Notes under the pieces: generated by a model
The model's input: only the letters and a program-made list of their open reading frames with translations
What the model was told of the DNA's origin: nothing
The model's database searches: none
Part shown: piece after piece, positions 9,831-18,876 of the stretch
Numbering within the stretch: position 1 is the first letter of the stretch
Layout of the letters: the number at the start of each line of letters is the position of its first letter
Origin: Planctomycetaceae bacterium
GTDB taxonomy: Bacteria; Planctomycetota; Planctomycetia; Pirellulales; Thermoguttaceae
NCBI GenBank assembly: GCA_003509805.1
Contig: DOMV01000119.1
Coordinates: forward strand, 729 to 40,294
Reading direction: 5' to 3'
DNA length: 39,566 bases
Translations under genes and position numbers: made by a program

Positions 9831-9992
9831 ATCGAAGACGCCCGTGCCCCGACCGACTTCGGCATAAAACTATCGTGGAAGACAACTTCCCAATAAAGAT
9901 AATCGATAATCGGTAAGTTGTCAAACGGCAGGAATAGAATTTCCCCGTGTTTTTCCACCGAAGCGCGTTGAAGCCGGTTGAGTTTCCCGTTT

Positions 9993-10111
9993 TATACCGA
10001 AGCCGGTTGAGTTTTCCGTTCAACCGCCTGTTTACTCTTCGGGCAGAGTTGTTTCCGGTGGGCAGACCCCCGAATCGTCGGCTTTGGGAAATTTCAAAGG
10101 TCTTCAGTATA
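9993..10111 (+). repeat. family B inverted-repeat element, full copy (119 nt)
   Basis: TATACCGAAGCCGGTTGAGTTTTCCGTT...GTTTACTCTTCGGGCAGAGTTGTTTCCGGTGGGCAGACCCCCGAATCGTCGGCTTTGGGAAATTTCAAAGGTCTTCAGTATA. A partial direct duplicate of its 5' arm precedes it at 9966-9992. Confidence 0.8.
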
Positions 10112-10117
10112 ACCGTT

Positions 10118-10151
10118 CGTTTACCCTCCGTGCGGTGTTGTTTCGGGAAAC
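10118..10151 (+). repeat. family B internal fragment
   Basis: GTTTACCCTCCGTGCGGTGTTGTTT matches 25706-25730 (reverse complement) exactly over 25 nt. It abuts the stop of the PHA-like gene. Confidence 0.6.
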
Positions 10152-10152
10152 A

Positions 10153-10458
10153 TCAGGCCAAAACGGCCTTGAGCTCGCTCTTGACCTGGCTTTCAATCAT
10201 TCCCCGGATCACCATGGCGGCAAACGGGAGATCGAGGTCCATCCGAACTTCGCCCGGCTTCGACTCGCAAATACCGCTTACACCGAAACCGAAAGCCTTG
10301 AAGGAAAATTTCAAGGTATGCGGATCGGGCCGGGTTTCGATGAGATCGCGAACCTCGTATTGATGCTTTTCCTTGATTTCGAGAAGCTTTTTATTCAATC
10401 GCGCCGTCGCTTCCTCCTGGTCGAGCGGGTGCGATACCGAAACGATCATCTGCGGCAT
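10153..10458 (-). CDS. polyhydroxyalkanoic-acid-system (PHA_gran_rgn-like) small protein
   Basis: The ATG at 10458 gives a 101-aa protein, MPQMIVSVSHPLDQEEATARL...GEVRMDLDLPFAAMVIRGMIESQVKSELKAVL. Its layout matches my recollection of the approximately 90-aa PHA system family. The tracked ORF extends further upstream without support. Confidence 0.65.
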   Translation of the reverse strand: MPQMIVSVSHPLDQEEATARLNKKLLEIKEKHQYEVRDLIETRPDPHTLKFSFKAFGFGVSGICESKPGEVRMDLDLPFAAMVIRGMIESQVKSELKAVLA

Positions 10459-10566
10459 GGCTTCTGGTGAAAAGTTGAAAAGGGGTGAAGGTCTCGCCGT
10501 TTTATTCGAACGACATCGAATCAACCGCGGGCAGTATATCACAATGCTCATCCCACCGCAATATCA

Positions 10567-11763
10567 TCATGCAAGGTCATCGCGTGGAGCCTGTTTTTCA
10601 CGGTCCCAATAGGGCGAGGCGGTACGCAGTCGGGCAATCATTTCCGGAAAAACGGCGAGAACCCGGTCGACTTCCGCCTCCGTGGTGTACCGACTCAGGC
10701 TCATCCGGATGCTTCCATGTTTTGCCGTAAACGGAACATTCATTGCCGTAAGAACATGGGATGGCTTAAGGGAACCGGAGGTGCAGGCGGAACCGCTTGA
10801 GGCACAAATCCCCTCTTTGTCGAGCAAATAGAGGATCGATTCGCCTTCGATGCAGTGAAACGCGAAATTCAGCGTGTTCGGTATCCGCTCGGCACCGTGC
10901 CCGTTGACCTCGACATGAGAAACCAGTCGAAGCATCCCTGTTTCCAGTTTGTCCCGCAATCGCTCGATACGCTTCATGTCTTCGTCATGGGTCGCAGCCG
11001 CAATCTCCATCGCCTTGGCAATCCCGGCAATGTAGGGGGCATTTTCCGTTCCGCCGCGACGTCCCGCCTCTTGGTGACCACCGATCAGGAGAGCCCGGCA
11101 CGGCGTTCCGCGACGCAAATAAAGAACGCCTATACCCTTTGGGGCGTGAAACTTATGTCCGGAAAACGAAAGCATGTCGACGTTTCGGAAATTTCCCGAC
11201 ATGGAAATCGGCAACTTCGTGAGCGATTGCGTCGCATCGCAATGAAAGAGAATGCCCGGATCGGTTTCTTTCGCGATCCGGGCAAGCCGTTCGATCGGGA
11301 AAATCACGCCCGTCTCGTTATTCGCGTGCATGAGGGACACCATGAGCGTATCCGACCTCAACGCGCGAACGTATTCGGCGATGTCAAGGTTGCCTTGCCG
11401 ATCGACGCCGACAAACGAAACCTCATATCCGTTGCGGGAAAAATCCCGGCTCAATTCCAGCACGGCCGGGTGTTCGACTGCCGACGTAATGATGTGCCGC
11501 CGCTGCGGAACCGCCGACGCCGCTCCCCGCATGGCCGCGTTGATACTTTCCGTCGCGCAACCGGTAAAGACGATTTCCCTGCTCGAAGCGGCCCCGATTC
11601 CTTCCGCAACGACCTTTCGGGCCGTATCGATGGCCGTCCTGGCCGGTTTGGCCGCCTCATACATCGAACCGGCATTGAAATAAACATCGTGAAAATACGG
11701 CAACATCGCTTCCAGCACCTCGGTTGCCACCTGCGTCGTCGCGTTATTATCGAGATAAATCAT
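10567..11763 (-). CDS. nifS: cysteine desulfurase, NifS/IscS class-V aminotransferase
   Basis: 398 aa. MIYLDNNATTQ, SFSGHKFHAPKGIGVLY (PLP lysine) and the catalytic loop SSGSACTSG. Confidence 0.9.
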   Translation of the reverse strand: MIYLDNNATTQVATEVLEAMLPYFHDVYFNAGSMYEAAKPARTAIDTARKVVAEGIGAASSREIVFTGCATESINAAMRGAASAVPQRRHIITSAVEHPAVLELSRDFSRNGYEVSFVGVDRQGNLDIAEYVRALRSDTLMVSLMHANNETGVIFPIERLARIAKETDPGILFHCDATQSLTKLPISMSGNFRNVDMLSFSGHKFHAPKGIGVLYLRRGTPCRALLIGGHQEAGRRGGTENAPYIAGIAKAMEIAAATHDEDMKRIERLRDKLETGMLRLVSHVEVNGHGAERIPNTLNFAFHCIEGESILYLLDKEGICASSGSACTSGSLKPSHVLTAMNVPFTAKHGSIRMSLSRYTTEAEVDRVLAVFPEMIARLRTASPYWDREKQAPRDDLA

Positions 11764-11811
11764 GATCGAAAGAAGTTTTACTGAACACCGTCAGGATTTC
11801 CTGAAATCGGT

Positions 11812-14800
11812 TCACGGCGTCGACTCCGGCGGTTCCGGCGCTGCTTTTTTCTCTTTCCCGTTCGGTTTCGGCTCTTGCGGCGGCGCTGGAACACGACCGA
11901 ACAACTGGGCCAAATCACCGAATCCGCGAAGCGGTTCCTTACCGGTTTTCATCGCTTCGGAAATCGGCTTCACCTCTTTTCCCTTCGCCTTGAATTCATA
12001 CACTTTAGGTTGTTGCGGGCCACGATCCCTGTTGCGATCACGATCCCGGCCACGCCCGGGGCCGTTTCGCCGGGAAGATTCCTCGTGGCGTTGACCCTCC
12101 CGTGAAGTCGGCGCCTGCGAACGCGGAGCCCGCTGTTCGCGGGGTTGCTGTTCGCGCGAATCACGGGAAGTTCGTGCCCCGGATGTTTCCTCGCGATGGT
12201 CGCGTCGTTCCGATTTCGTTCCGTGTTCCGGGCGTCGGCGCGTCGCTTCCGGCGGAAAGAGCGTCAACGAAATCCGGTGCCGTTCCTTATCGACTTCGAG
12301 CACCCAGACGCGGACGATATCACCGACGGAGACCACTTCATGCGCATCGCGGATATACCGGTCGGCCAAGTGGGAAATGTGGATCAGGCCGGAATCATGG
12401 AGACCGATGTCAACGAAGGCCCCGAAATCGACCACGTTCAAAATCGTTCCCGTCAGTTCCATCCCGACGACCAGGTCGTCGAGTTTGAGAACGCCCTTTT
12501 TGAAGATCGGCGGCGGGAGCGATTCGCGCGGATCCCGTCCCGGCTTGGCAAGTTGTGTCAGGACGTCGCGAACCGTATGGACACCGGCGCCGAGTTCTTC
12601 GGCAAGCGCGACCACGTTGGTCGCCAACCGTTTTTCCGCGATTTCCCTGACTTTCTCCGGTTGCCGGAGATCGTCCGGCTGAAAGCCGAGCTTGGCGAGA
12701 ATCGTGGCGGCAAGCTCATAGGATTCGGGGTGAATCCACGTCGCGTCAAGCGGATTTTCACCGTCGATGATCTTCAGGAAGCCGGCCGCGTGGGTAAAAG
12801 CGGCCTGACCGAAACCCGGTACGTTGAGCAGTTCCTGCCGGGACTTGAACGGGCCGTTGGTCTGTCGGTAATCGTAAATCCGCCGGGCCGTGAGTTGATT
12901 GAGGCCCGCGACATAACGCAGAATCGCAGGGGTCGCCGTATTCAGGTCGACACCCACGAAATTCACGCAGGATTCGACGACTTCATTCAGCGCATCCTTG
13001 AGCGGCTTCGTTTTGATGTCGTGCTGATACATGCCGACGCCGAGGCTCGCCGGGTCGATCTTGACCAATTCGTTCAGCGGATCCTGTAAACGCCGCCCGA
13101 TGGAAATCGTGCCGCGCACAAGCGGATCAAACTCGGGAAACTCCTCTTTCGCCTGCGGAGAAACGGAGTACACACTCGCGCCCGACTCGTTGACGATCAC
13201 GTAGGAAACGTCCTGCCCCGCGAGCGGTTCGGATGCGAGAAGCCCGCTGACAAACGATTCCGTTTCCCGGCAGGCGGTTCCGTTGCCGATCGCAATCGCG
13301 GGAATCCGGTACTTTTCAACCAGCTCGGTCAAAACCTGTTTCGCTTTTTCTTTTTTCTCGGCGCCTCCCGTGAGATAAACGGTGGTGTGCTCCAACACGT
13401 TTCCAAACTCGTCGAGCGCGACGATCTTGCAACCGTGCTTGAAACCGGGGTCGATCGCGAGAACGCGCTTGCGATGGAGCGGCGGCTGGAGCAAGAGGTT
13501 GCGCAAATTTTTGGCGAAAACCCGGATCGACTGGTTTTCCGCCTGCTCGGTCAAGTCGTTTCTCAGTTCCCGTTCGATGGAAGGCACCAACAGGCGCGCA
13601 AGCGCATCCCGGGCGACGCCGGCCAAAAAAACCGCGTGGGGATGTTCCGCGGCGACACACAGCGATTCCGCGGCTCTATTCAAGGTTTCCATGTCGTTTT
13701 GAATCCTGACCCGGATCGCCTTGATTTTCTCGCCCCGGTTGATCGCCATGATGCGGTGCGGGGGCAATCTCCGAATGTCGGAGGTGAAATCGAAATAATC
13801 GTGATAATGCCGGTCAAGACCTTCCTGCCGCTTGAGTTTGGCTTCCTCTCGCTGCTTTTTCTTCTCTTTCGCCTTCTTCTTCTTGATCTGATTTTGGGAA
13901 CGGACAACCGGAATCCCTTTTTCCTTCTGCTGCTCTTTCCACTCGCGGAATTTTTGATCGATTTCCTCGGTTTCCGACGGCGTTTTTCCCCCGGCTTCAC
14001 CGGTTTCATCGGCTTCCCGGGCTTCCAGAGTTCCCGGGGGTTCCTCCGCCACGCCGCCGCCGTCCTCCTTCATCAATCCATGCGATTCTTCATCGGCCGG
14101 TCGCGCATCGTTCGGTCGCGCATCGTTCGCGTCCGTCTCTTTTTCCTTTTCTTCGTCAACGGCCGAAGCGGATTCCGGAGCCGAATCGGGAACCGGCCTT
14201 TCCGATACGACGGGACCATCGACACGCCCATCAACATCGGCCTCGCCTCCGCCGCTCCCGCTGTCGGAAACCGCCTCGCCCGTCTCTTCCCGGACGTCAT
14301 CCGTAGCGTTCACTTCCGCCGTCTCCGTGTTGCCGGGTTCCGTCTTGTCCGGCAGTTCTCCGGATTGCGATTCGGCAGCGACCGGCTCAGCCCCATGATC
14401 CCCGGCGGGTTCGAGGCTCGTTTCCCTGTCGGCCGGCTCCGCGGCTCCGGTCGATTCAATGGGTTTATCGGTCTCGGTTTTGTCGGTTTCAGGTTTGTCG
14501 GTTTCAGGTTGAATTTCCCCGGCGTTTCCAAGCGAGTTCCCGGCGATGTTCCCGGTGTTCTTGCTGTTTTTCGTTTCCGCCTCCCTTGCGGGCTCTTTTG
14601 CGACGCGAACGGTCGCGAGCTTGCTGCTTCGATGGATGATTTCACGCACTTCGTGACGCAGTTCGATTTTTTCGACGAATAATTCTCCGATGATGTGTCC
14701 CGCCCCGAGAAGAGCCTCGGCCGCGGAAAGAACCTTCTTGTCCGGATCGACGAAAGCGAGAGCGCGTTTGTCCAGATCGGCGGCAAGGTCATCGGCTTCG

Positions 14801-15198
14801 AGAATATTCATCGCAAACGGCTCCAGCCCTTTTTCCCGGGCCTCGGAAGCGAGTGTTTTTTTCTTCGGCTTGAACGGCAGGTAAATATCCTCAAGTCGTT
14901 TGGCCGATTTGGCTTCGCGTATCTTTTTATCAAGTTCCGGCGTCAACTGGCCGAGCGATTCGATGGAACGCAAGATGGTCTGTTTCCGCTCCGCCAAGGT
15001 CCGGAGAGACGCGAGTTCCGCCTGAACGCGACGTATCTGTTCTTCATCCAGATTTCCCGTCCGATCCTTTCGATATCGGGCGATAAACGGGACGGGATGT
15101 CCCTCGTCAAGGAGCTCGACGACGTTGTGAACTTGCTCAGGCGGGAGATTCAAATCCCGGGCCATAAAACGAAGGTTGATCGTTACGGGTTCGCTCAT
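11812..15198 (-). CDS. tex: Tex-like transcription accessory protein (S1 domain) with large low-complexity insertion and basic tail
   Basis: The ATG at 15198 (MSEPVTINL...). The N-terminus has the Tex motif VPFIARYRKDRTGNLDEEQI, followed by YqgF/HhH-like regions. An S1 domain is present (GMELTGTILNVVDFGAFVDIGLHDSGLIHIS...RISLTL). An extra acidic/lysine-rich insert of about 270 aa and an R/E-rich tail of about 170 aa are also present. Confidence 0.9.
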   Translation of the reverse strand: MSEPVTINLRFMARDLNLPPEQVHNVVELLDEGHPVPFIARYRKDRTGNLDEEQIRRVQAELASLRTLAERKQTILRSIESLGQLTPELDKKIREAKSAKRLEDIYLPFKPKKKTLASEAREKGLEPFAMNILEADDLAADLDKRALAFVDPDKKVLSAAEALLGAGHIIGELFVEKIELRHEVREIIHRSSKLATVRVAKEPAREAETKNSKNTGNIAGNSLGNAGEIQPETDKPETDKTETDKPIESTGAAEPADRETSLEPAGDHGAEPVAAESQSGELPDKTEPGNTETAEVNATDDVREETGEAVSDSGSGGGEADVDGRVDGPVVSERPVPDSAPESASAVDEEKEKETDANDARPNDARPADEESHGLMKEDGGGVAEEPPGTLEAREADETGEAGGKTPSETEEIDQKFREWKEQQKEKGIPVVRSQNQIKKKKAKEKKKQREEAKLKRQEGLDRHYHDYFDFTSDIRRLPPHRIMAINRGEKIKAIRVRIQNDMETLNRAAESLCVAAEHPHAVFLAGVARDALARLLVPSIERELRNDLTEQAENQSIRVFAKNLRNLLLQPPLHRKRVLAIDPGFKHGCKIVALDEFGNVLEHTTVYLTGGAEKKEKAKQVLTELVEKYRIPAIAIGNGTACRETESFVSGLLASEPLAGQDVSYVIVNESGASVYSVSPQAKEEFPEFDPLVRGTISIGRRLQDPLNELVKIDPASLGVGMYQHDIKTKPLKDALNEVVESCVNFVGVDLNTATPAILRYVAGLNQLTARRIYDYRQTNGPFKSRQELLNVPGFGQAAFTHAAGFLKIIDGENPLDATWIHPESYELAATILAKLGFQPDDLRQPEKVREIAEKRLATNVVALAEELGAGVHTVRDVLTQLAKPGRDPRESLPPPIFKKGVLKLDDLVVGMELTGTILNVVDFGAFVDIGLHDSGLIHISHLADRYIRDAHEVVSVGDIVRVWVLEVDKERHRISLTLFPPEATRRRPEHGTKSERRDHREETSGARTSRDSREQQPREQRAPRSQAPTSREGQRHEESSRRNGPGRGRDRDRNRDRGPQQPKVYEFKAKGKEVKPISEAMKTGKEPLRGFGDLAQLFGRVPAPPQEPKPNGKEKKAAPEPPESTP

Positions 15199-15293
15199 GA
15201 TCACATTACAGCCTTTTGTCATGCGCAAAAGGAACAAAAAGTGAGGGACAATCGACCGCCGACATCCCGGCGGTAACAAAAATACACTTATGC

Positions 15294-15322
15294 AATCTAA
15301 AAAAAGCGGGACAGATTGTCAA
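15294..15322 (-). promoter_or_regulatory. sigma70-type promoter for tex (TTGACA-17-TAGATT)
   Basis: The reverse strand reads TTGACAatctgtcccgcttttttTAGATT, about 95 nt upstream of the tex ATG. Confidence 0.5.
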
Positions 15323-15434
15323 GGACTATGGATCGAGATTGTCCCCGAAACGGAACGTCTGCAAGCCGGGAACGAAGCGTAGCGCAGTGACCGGAGTCAT
15401 TCTTGCATTTCCCCTCGGGGCCTTCGGTACACGC

Positions 15435-17174
15435 TCATATCCAGCGATCGGTATAACGTTGAAACTGTTTGATTGCGGAGTCGCGTTCTCCGGCGGAATC
15501 GAGGTATTTTCGCATTTCATCGGACCGGGCTTCCAGGCGTTTTCGAAGCAAGGCGTCGGACCATTGAAAGGCCGTCCAGCGGTAAGACCGGAACGACGAG
15601 CCCGAATCGTCCGACAGGGTGGTCGGCTCCCCTTCGGCCCACAACCGCAATAATGCTTGCGCAAAAAACGCCCTCGCACCGTCGCGAATGATTTCATCCT
15701 TCGAATCAAGCAGCGGCAACGAGGCTAAAAGCTCTTCCTCGCTGTTGTTCCGGAGAAGAAATATCGAAGGAGCCAAATCTCCGCCCGCGACCCTCGTGGT
15801 ATTGTAATGCCCGATGTACCAATCGACCGGGAGAACCATACCGAGGAAAACCATGGAAAACACGCACCAGGCGAATCGATGCAGGAGCCAGGAAAGCCTT
15901 TTTTCCATGGCGATCTTGCGCATCACCATGACAAACCCCAGCACGACCGCCGCCGTGCCGAGCAGTCCGATGATGCGCAGGCGGGACAAACCGTTCAAGT
16001 CGATGTAAATGAACAAGCGGTTGAAGACCGCGATCGCGAGCAGGAAGTTCAAGGCGGACCATATCCAGGCGAGGCGTTTCAGCTTGCCGATCCGGGAATC
16101 CCGCAGCAGCCGGCCCTGAAAAACGACGGACAGCACGAAGGTGCTGACCGCCAGGGCGAACGTCAGGAAGGCCGCCCCGTTGTGCATGTGCCGGGAATAA
16201 TCGAACCCTTTCGGAAAATCGCGCGTCAGGTTGGTTTTATACTCGAATACGAGGTAAAGGGCGAATAACGCGATCACGGCCCACAGCATATTACGGCACG
16301 GTGCGTAAAACGGGGAAGAATGATCCTGTGCCGACGAAACGGACTCCTGCCGTTCCTCGCCCGTCTTAGCGGCGACATCCCTGTGGTGTTCGTTGGCGAG
16401 AATGCCGCGGATTTCGTTGCCGGCGGCGGCGATTTTCCTGGCGCCGTCGATGCCCGCGTCCACGACCATCGCGATGCCGGTCGGGCGAGGCCGTAAAAAT
16501 CCGGCCGTGAAATATGCGATCACGATCCAAAAAAAGATTTGAGAGGGAAACGGGACCCACCGGGAAATACGCGCCAACTCGTCGAGGAAACGATTCCAGA
16601 TTTGGGCCGTCCGTTCGATCAGGTCCGGGTTGGCCAAAATGAATATCGTGCCGAAGATGAAAACGGCCAGGACCGGAAACAGGACGGACATCCAGGTGAA
16701 AAACCCCGGAAAACGAAGGGTGTTACGGCAACGGCACATGTAGGACCGGAAAACCGCCGGCGCGGAAACAAGCGATTGAAAAAGATAGATCATGGCTTCC
16801 GGGCACTCCAGCCGCCGTCCCGCCTGGATCGCGGCGAGACAGAAAAGGACGAGGCCGCCGAGAATCACGAGAACGACGTTGCCGCACCAAAGGAGCTTGA
16901 CCGCGAGCAACAAGAGGAGCACGAAAAAAAACGCCGTGGAGAGAAGGGATCGCCGCCCCGTCGCGGCAAAAGGAAACAGGATACCCAATCCGGCGAACAA
17001 CGCGGCTATGCCGGCATACCCCGCTCCGTGATAGAGCGTCGCATCGGCAAGGACGACGGCGAGGACGATCGCCATCGGCTCACGTCGGCGAAAAGTCCCA
17101 TCCCGTACGACAACCGGATCGTTTCGCGGATTATTCTGCGTCTCGTTCTGACTGGCTTCCATCGATTTTACCAC
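15435..17174 (-). CDS. polytopic membrane protein (DUF4153/DUF4173-like; assignment tentative)
   Basis: 579-aa ORF with at least 10 hydrophobic helices over the first approximately 430 aa and a soluble C-terminal domain. The family name is from memory only. Confidence 0.65.
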   Translation of the reverse strand: MVKSMEASQNETQNNPRNDPVVVRDGTFRRREPMAIVLAVVLADATLYHGAGYAGIAALFAGLGILFPFAATGRRSLLSTAFFFVLLLLLAVKLLWCGNVVLVILGGLVLFCLAAIQAGRRLECPEAMIYLFQSLVSAPAVFRSYMCRCRNTLRFPGFFTWMSVLFPVLAVFIFGTIFILANPDLIERTAQIWNRFLDELARISRWVPFPSQIFFWIVIAYFTAGFLRPRPTGIAMVVDAGIDGARKIAAAGNEIRGILANEHHRDVAAKTGEERQESVSSAQDHSSPFYAPCRNMLWAVIALFALYLVFEYKTNLTRDFPKGFDYSRHMHNGAAFLTFALAVSTFVLSVVFQGRLLRDSRIGKLKRLAWIWSALNFLLAIAVFNRLFIYIDLNGLSRLRIIGLLGTAAVVLGFVMVMRKIAMEKRLSWLLHRFAWCVFSMVFLGMVLPVDWYIGHYNTTRVAGGDLAPSIFLLRNNSEEELLASLPLLDSKDEIIRDGARAFFAQALLRLWAEGEPTTLSDDSGSSFRSYRWTAFQWSDALLRKRLEARSDEMRKYLDSAGERDSAIKQFQRYTDRWI

Positions 17175-17350
17175 ATTCCACTTTCCGGTTCAAAATGCAA
17201 ACTCACGGTATCCTGCGCCTTCGTTCCACCATCGTCATTCTACACCGTCTTCCGCGATTCTTCCATCCGTCCGGCGATTTTTCATCGACCTGCCGACCTT
17301 CAGCCGGTGTGTCAATACCGTGTCGGGCGCCGTGGGCGCCGGTTTTCCCC

Positions 17351-17378
17351 TTGACGCTTCGGGAGCGGGAAGTATACT
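17351..17378 (+). promoter_or_regulatory. sigma70-type promoter for trkA (TTGACG-16-TATACT)
   Basis: Near-consensus hexamers immediately upstream of trkA. Confidence 0.5.
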
Positions 17379-17434
17379 TGTATCATATCATTTGAATGGC
17401 GCGTATTCAACCGGCATCGGCGCATTACGATCTC

Positions 17435-18772
17435 ATGCGAATCCTGATTCTCGGCGGCGGAACGGTCGGCTCTTCGGTTGCCGAGATGCTTTGCGGCCAG
17501 CAACATGAAGTGACCCTCGTCGAGAAAGACCCGGACCTGGTCGCGGCCCTCGACGACCGCCTCGAAGCGAACGTGCTTCGCGGGAGCGCGTCCCAGGCGA
17601 GCGCGATTTTCCAGGCCATGCCGATCGATCTCGTCCTTGCTCTGACGGGTGTGGACGAGGTCAACATACTCGCGGCAAGTATGGCCAAGGCAATGGGCGC
17701 CCGGCGCGTCGCGGCCCGGGTCTACACGGACGTGTTTTTCGACCAGAGTTCATTCGATTACCAGGATCATTTCCGGATCGACCGCCTTTTGAGCGTCGAA
17801 CGTTTCACCGCCATGGAACTGGTGCGACACATTCGCGAACCCGGGGCGATGCTCATCGATAATTTCGCCCGGGGGGAATTGGAAATGGAGGATCTTTTCA
17901 TCACGAAGGATTCGCCCGTGACCGATAAACCGCTCATGGAGATGCGATTGCCGTCCGAAGTCCGTATCGCGGCGATCAACCGGGGCGGAAACGTTTCCAT
18001 CGCCACGGCGCAGGATCGGATCGTGCCCGGCGACCGGATCACGTTGCTCGGAAAACGCGAAGACGTGGAAAAAGTCAAAAAACTGTTTCACACGCAGTCG
18101 TTCAAACCGCAAACGGTCGTCATCGGCGGGTGCGGCGAAACGGGCTTTCACCTCGCCCTGATCCTGCAAAATCGCGGCTACAAGGTCATCGTCCTCGAAA
18201 ACGACCGGGATCGTTGCGATGCCGTCATGAACGCCCTGAGAAAATCGACGGTGATCTGCCATGATGCCCGGAAACGAATTCACCTTGAGGAGGACCATGT
18301 CGGGGAAGCCGACGTGTTCATCGCCTGCACTCCGGAGGATGAAGACAACATCCTTGCCTGCGTCGAGGCCGCCTCGATCGGAACGAAAAACATCATGGCC
18401 GTCGTGAATCGCCCCGATTACGCGAACATCATCGACCGGCTCGGGATCACCTGTTCGGTCAGTTCGCGAAACGTCGTCGCGAAGCAGGTACAGGCCATGA
18501 TGAACACCGGAGCCGTCATTTCCCGGAATTCGCAGATTTTCGGGCGGGGAATCGACGTGATCGAGTTGGAGGTGCTGGAAGGAGCCCCGATTACCGGGGA
18601 TATGCTCCGTAATGTTCCCCTGCCCGCCAAAAGCATTATCGGGGCCGTCATCCGGAGCGGTAGCGCCCAGGTCCCGACGGCCGATTTTCAATTTCGCGCC
18701 GGGGATATCGCGATCGTTCTCGCCCAAAGCGATACGGTGAGCGAACTCCTCAAGGCGTTCCAGTCGGGTTGA
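17435..18772 (+). CDS. trkA: Trk potassium-uptake system NAD-binding subunit TrkA
   Basis: Two Rossmann motifs (MRILILGGGTVGSS and VVIGGCGETGFHLA), each followed by a TrkA-C-like domain. The tracked ATG at 17396 is an alternative start 13 codons upstream. Confidence 0.9.
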   Translation: MRILILGGGTVGSSVAEMLCGQQHEVTLVEKDPDLVAALDDRLEANVLRGSASQASAIFQAMPIDLVLALTGVDEVNILAASMAKAMGARRVAARVYTDVFFDQSSFDYQDHFRIDRLLSVERFTAMELVRHIREPGAMLIDNFARGELEMEDLFITKDSPVTDKPLMEMRLPSEVRIAAINRGGNVSIATAQDRIVPGDRITLLGKREDVEKVKKLFHTQSFKPQTVVIGGCGETGFHLALILQNRGYKVIVLENDRDRCDAVMNALRKSTVICHDARKRIHLEEDHVGEADVFIACTPEDEDNILACVEAASIGTKNIMAVVNRPDYANIIDRLGITCSVSSRNVVAKQVQAMMNTGAVISRNSQIFGRGIDVIELEVLEGAPITGDMLRNVPLPAKSIIGAVIRSGSAQVPTADFQFRAGDIAIVLAQSDTVSELLKAFQSG

Positions 18773-18876
18773 TCGCGTCGATAGCCGGGGCGATAAATTC
18801 GGAACCGCCGCCATCAGGAAAACGGTTCTTCACGAGCCGGGAATCGTATTTCCGGACGGCTTACCCGTGCCCACTC

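Noticed and set aside
9695-9896. A conserved mini-ORF starts inside every family A copy. It reads MKTD[I/M][R/W]SSL[P/L].AL... from ATGAAAACGGACAT, preceded by GGAA. It appears in the track as part of 9639..9896(+), 38357..38785(-) and 36878..37753(-).
   Set aside because: Stop positions differ widely between copies, giving 16, 16, 19, 55 and 66 codons. The 37648-37729 copy has a 1-nt indel that shifts the frame. Differences between copies are not biased toward synonymous sites. Conservation is better explained at the nucleotide or structure level.
11195-11203. Additional CATGTCGGG/CCCGACATG matches at 11195-11203 (nifS) and 18296-18304 (trkA), considered as extra operator sites.
   Set aside because: Both are single copies inside coding sequence with no partner half-site nearby. 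I treat them as chance occurrences.
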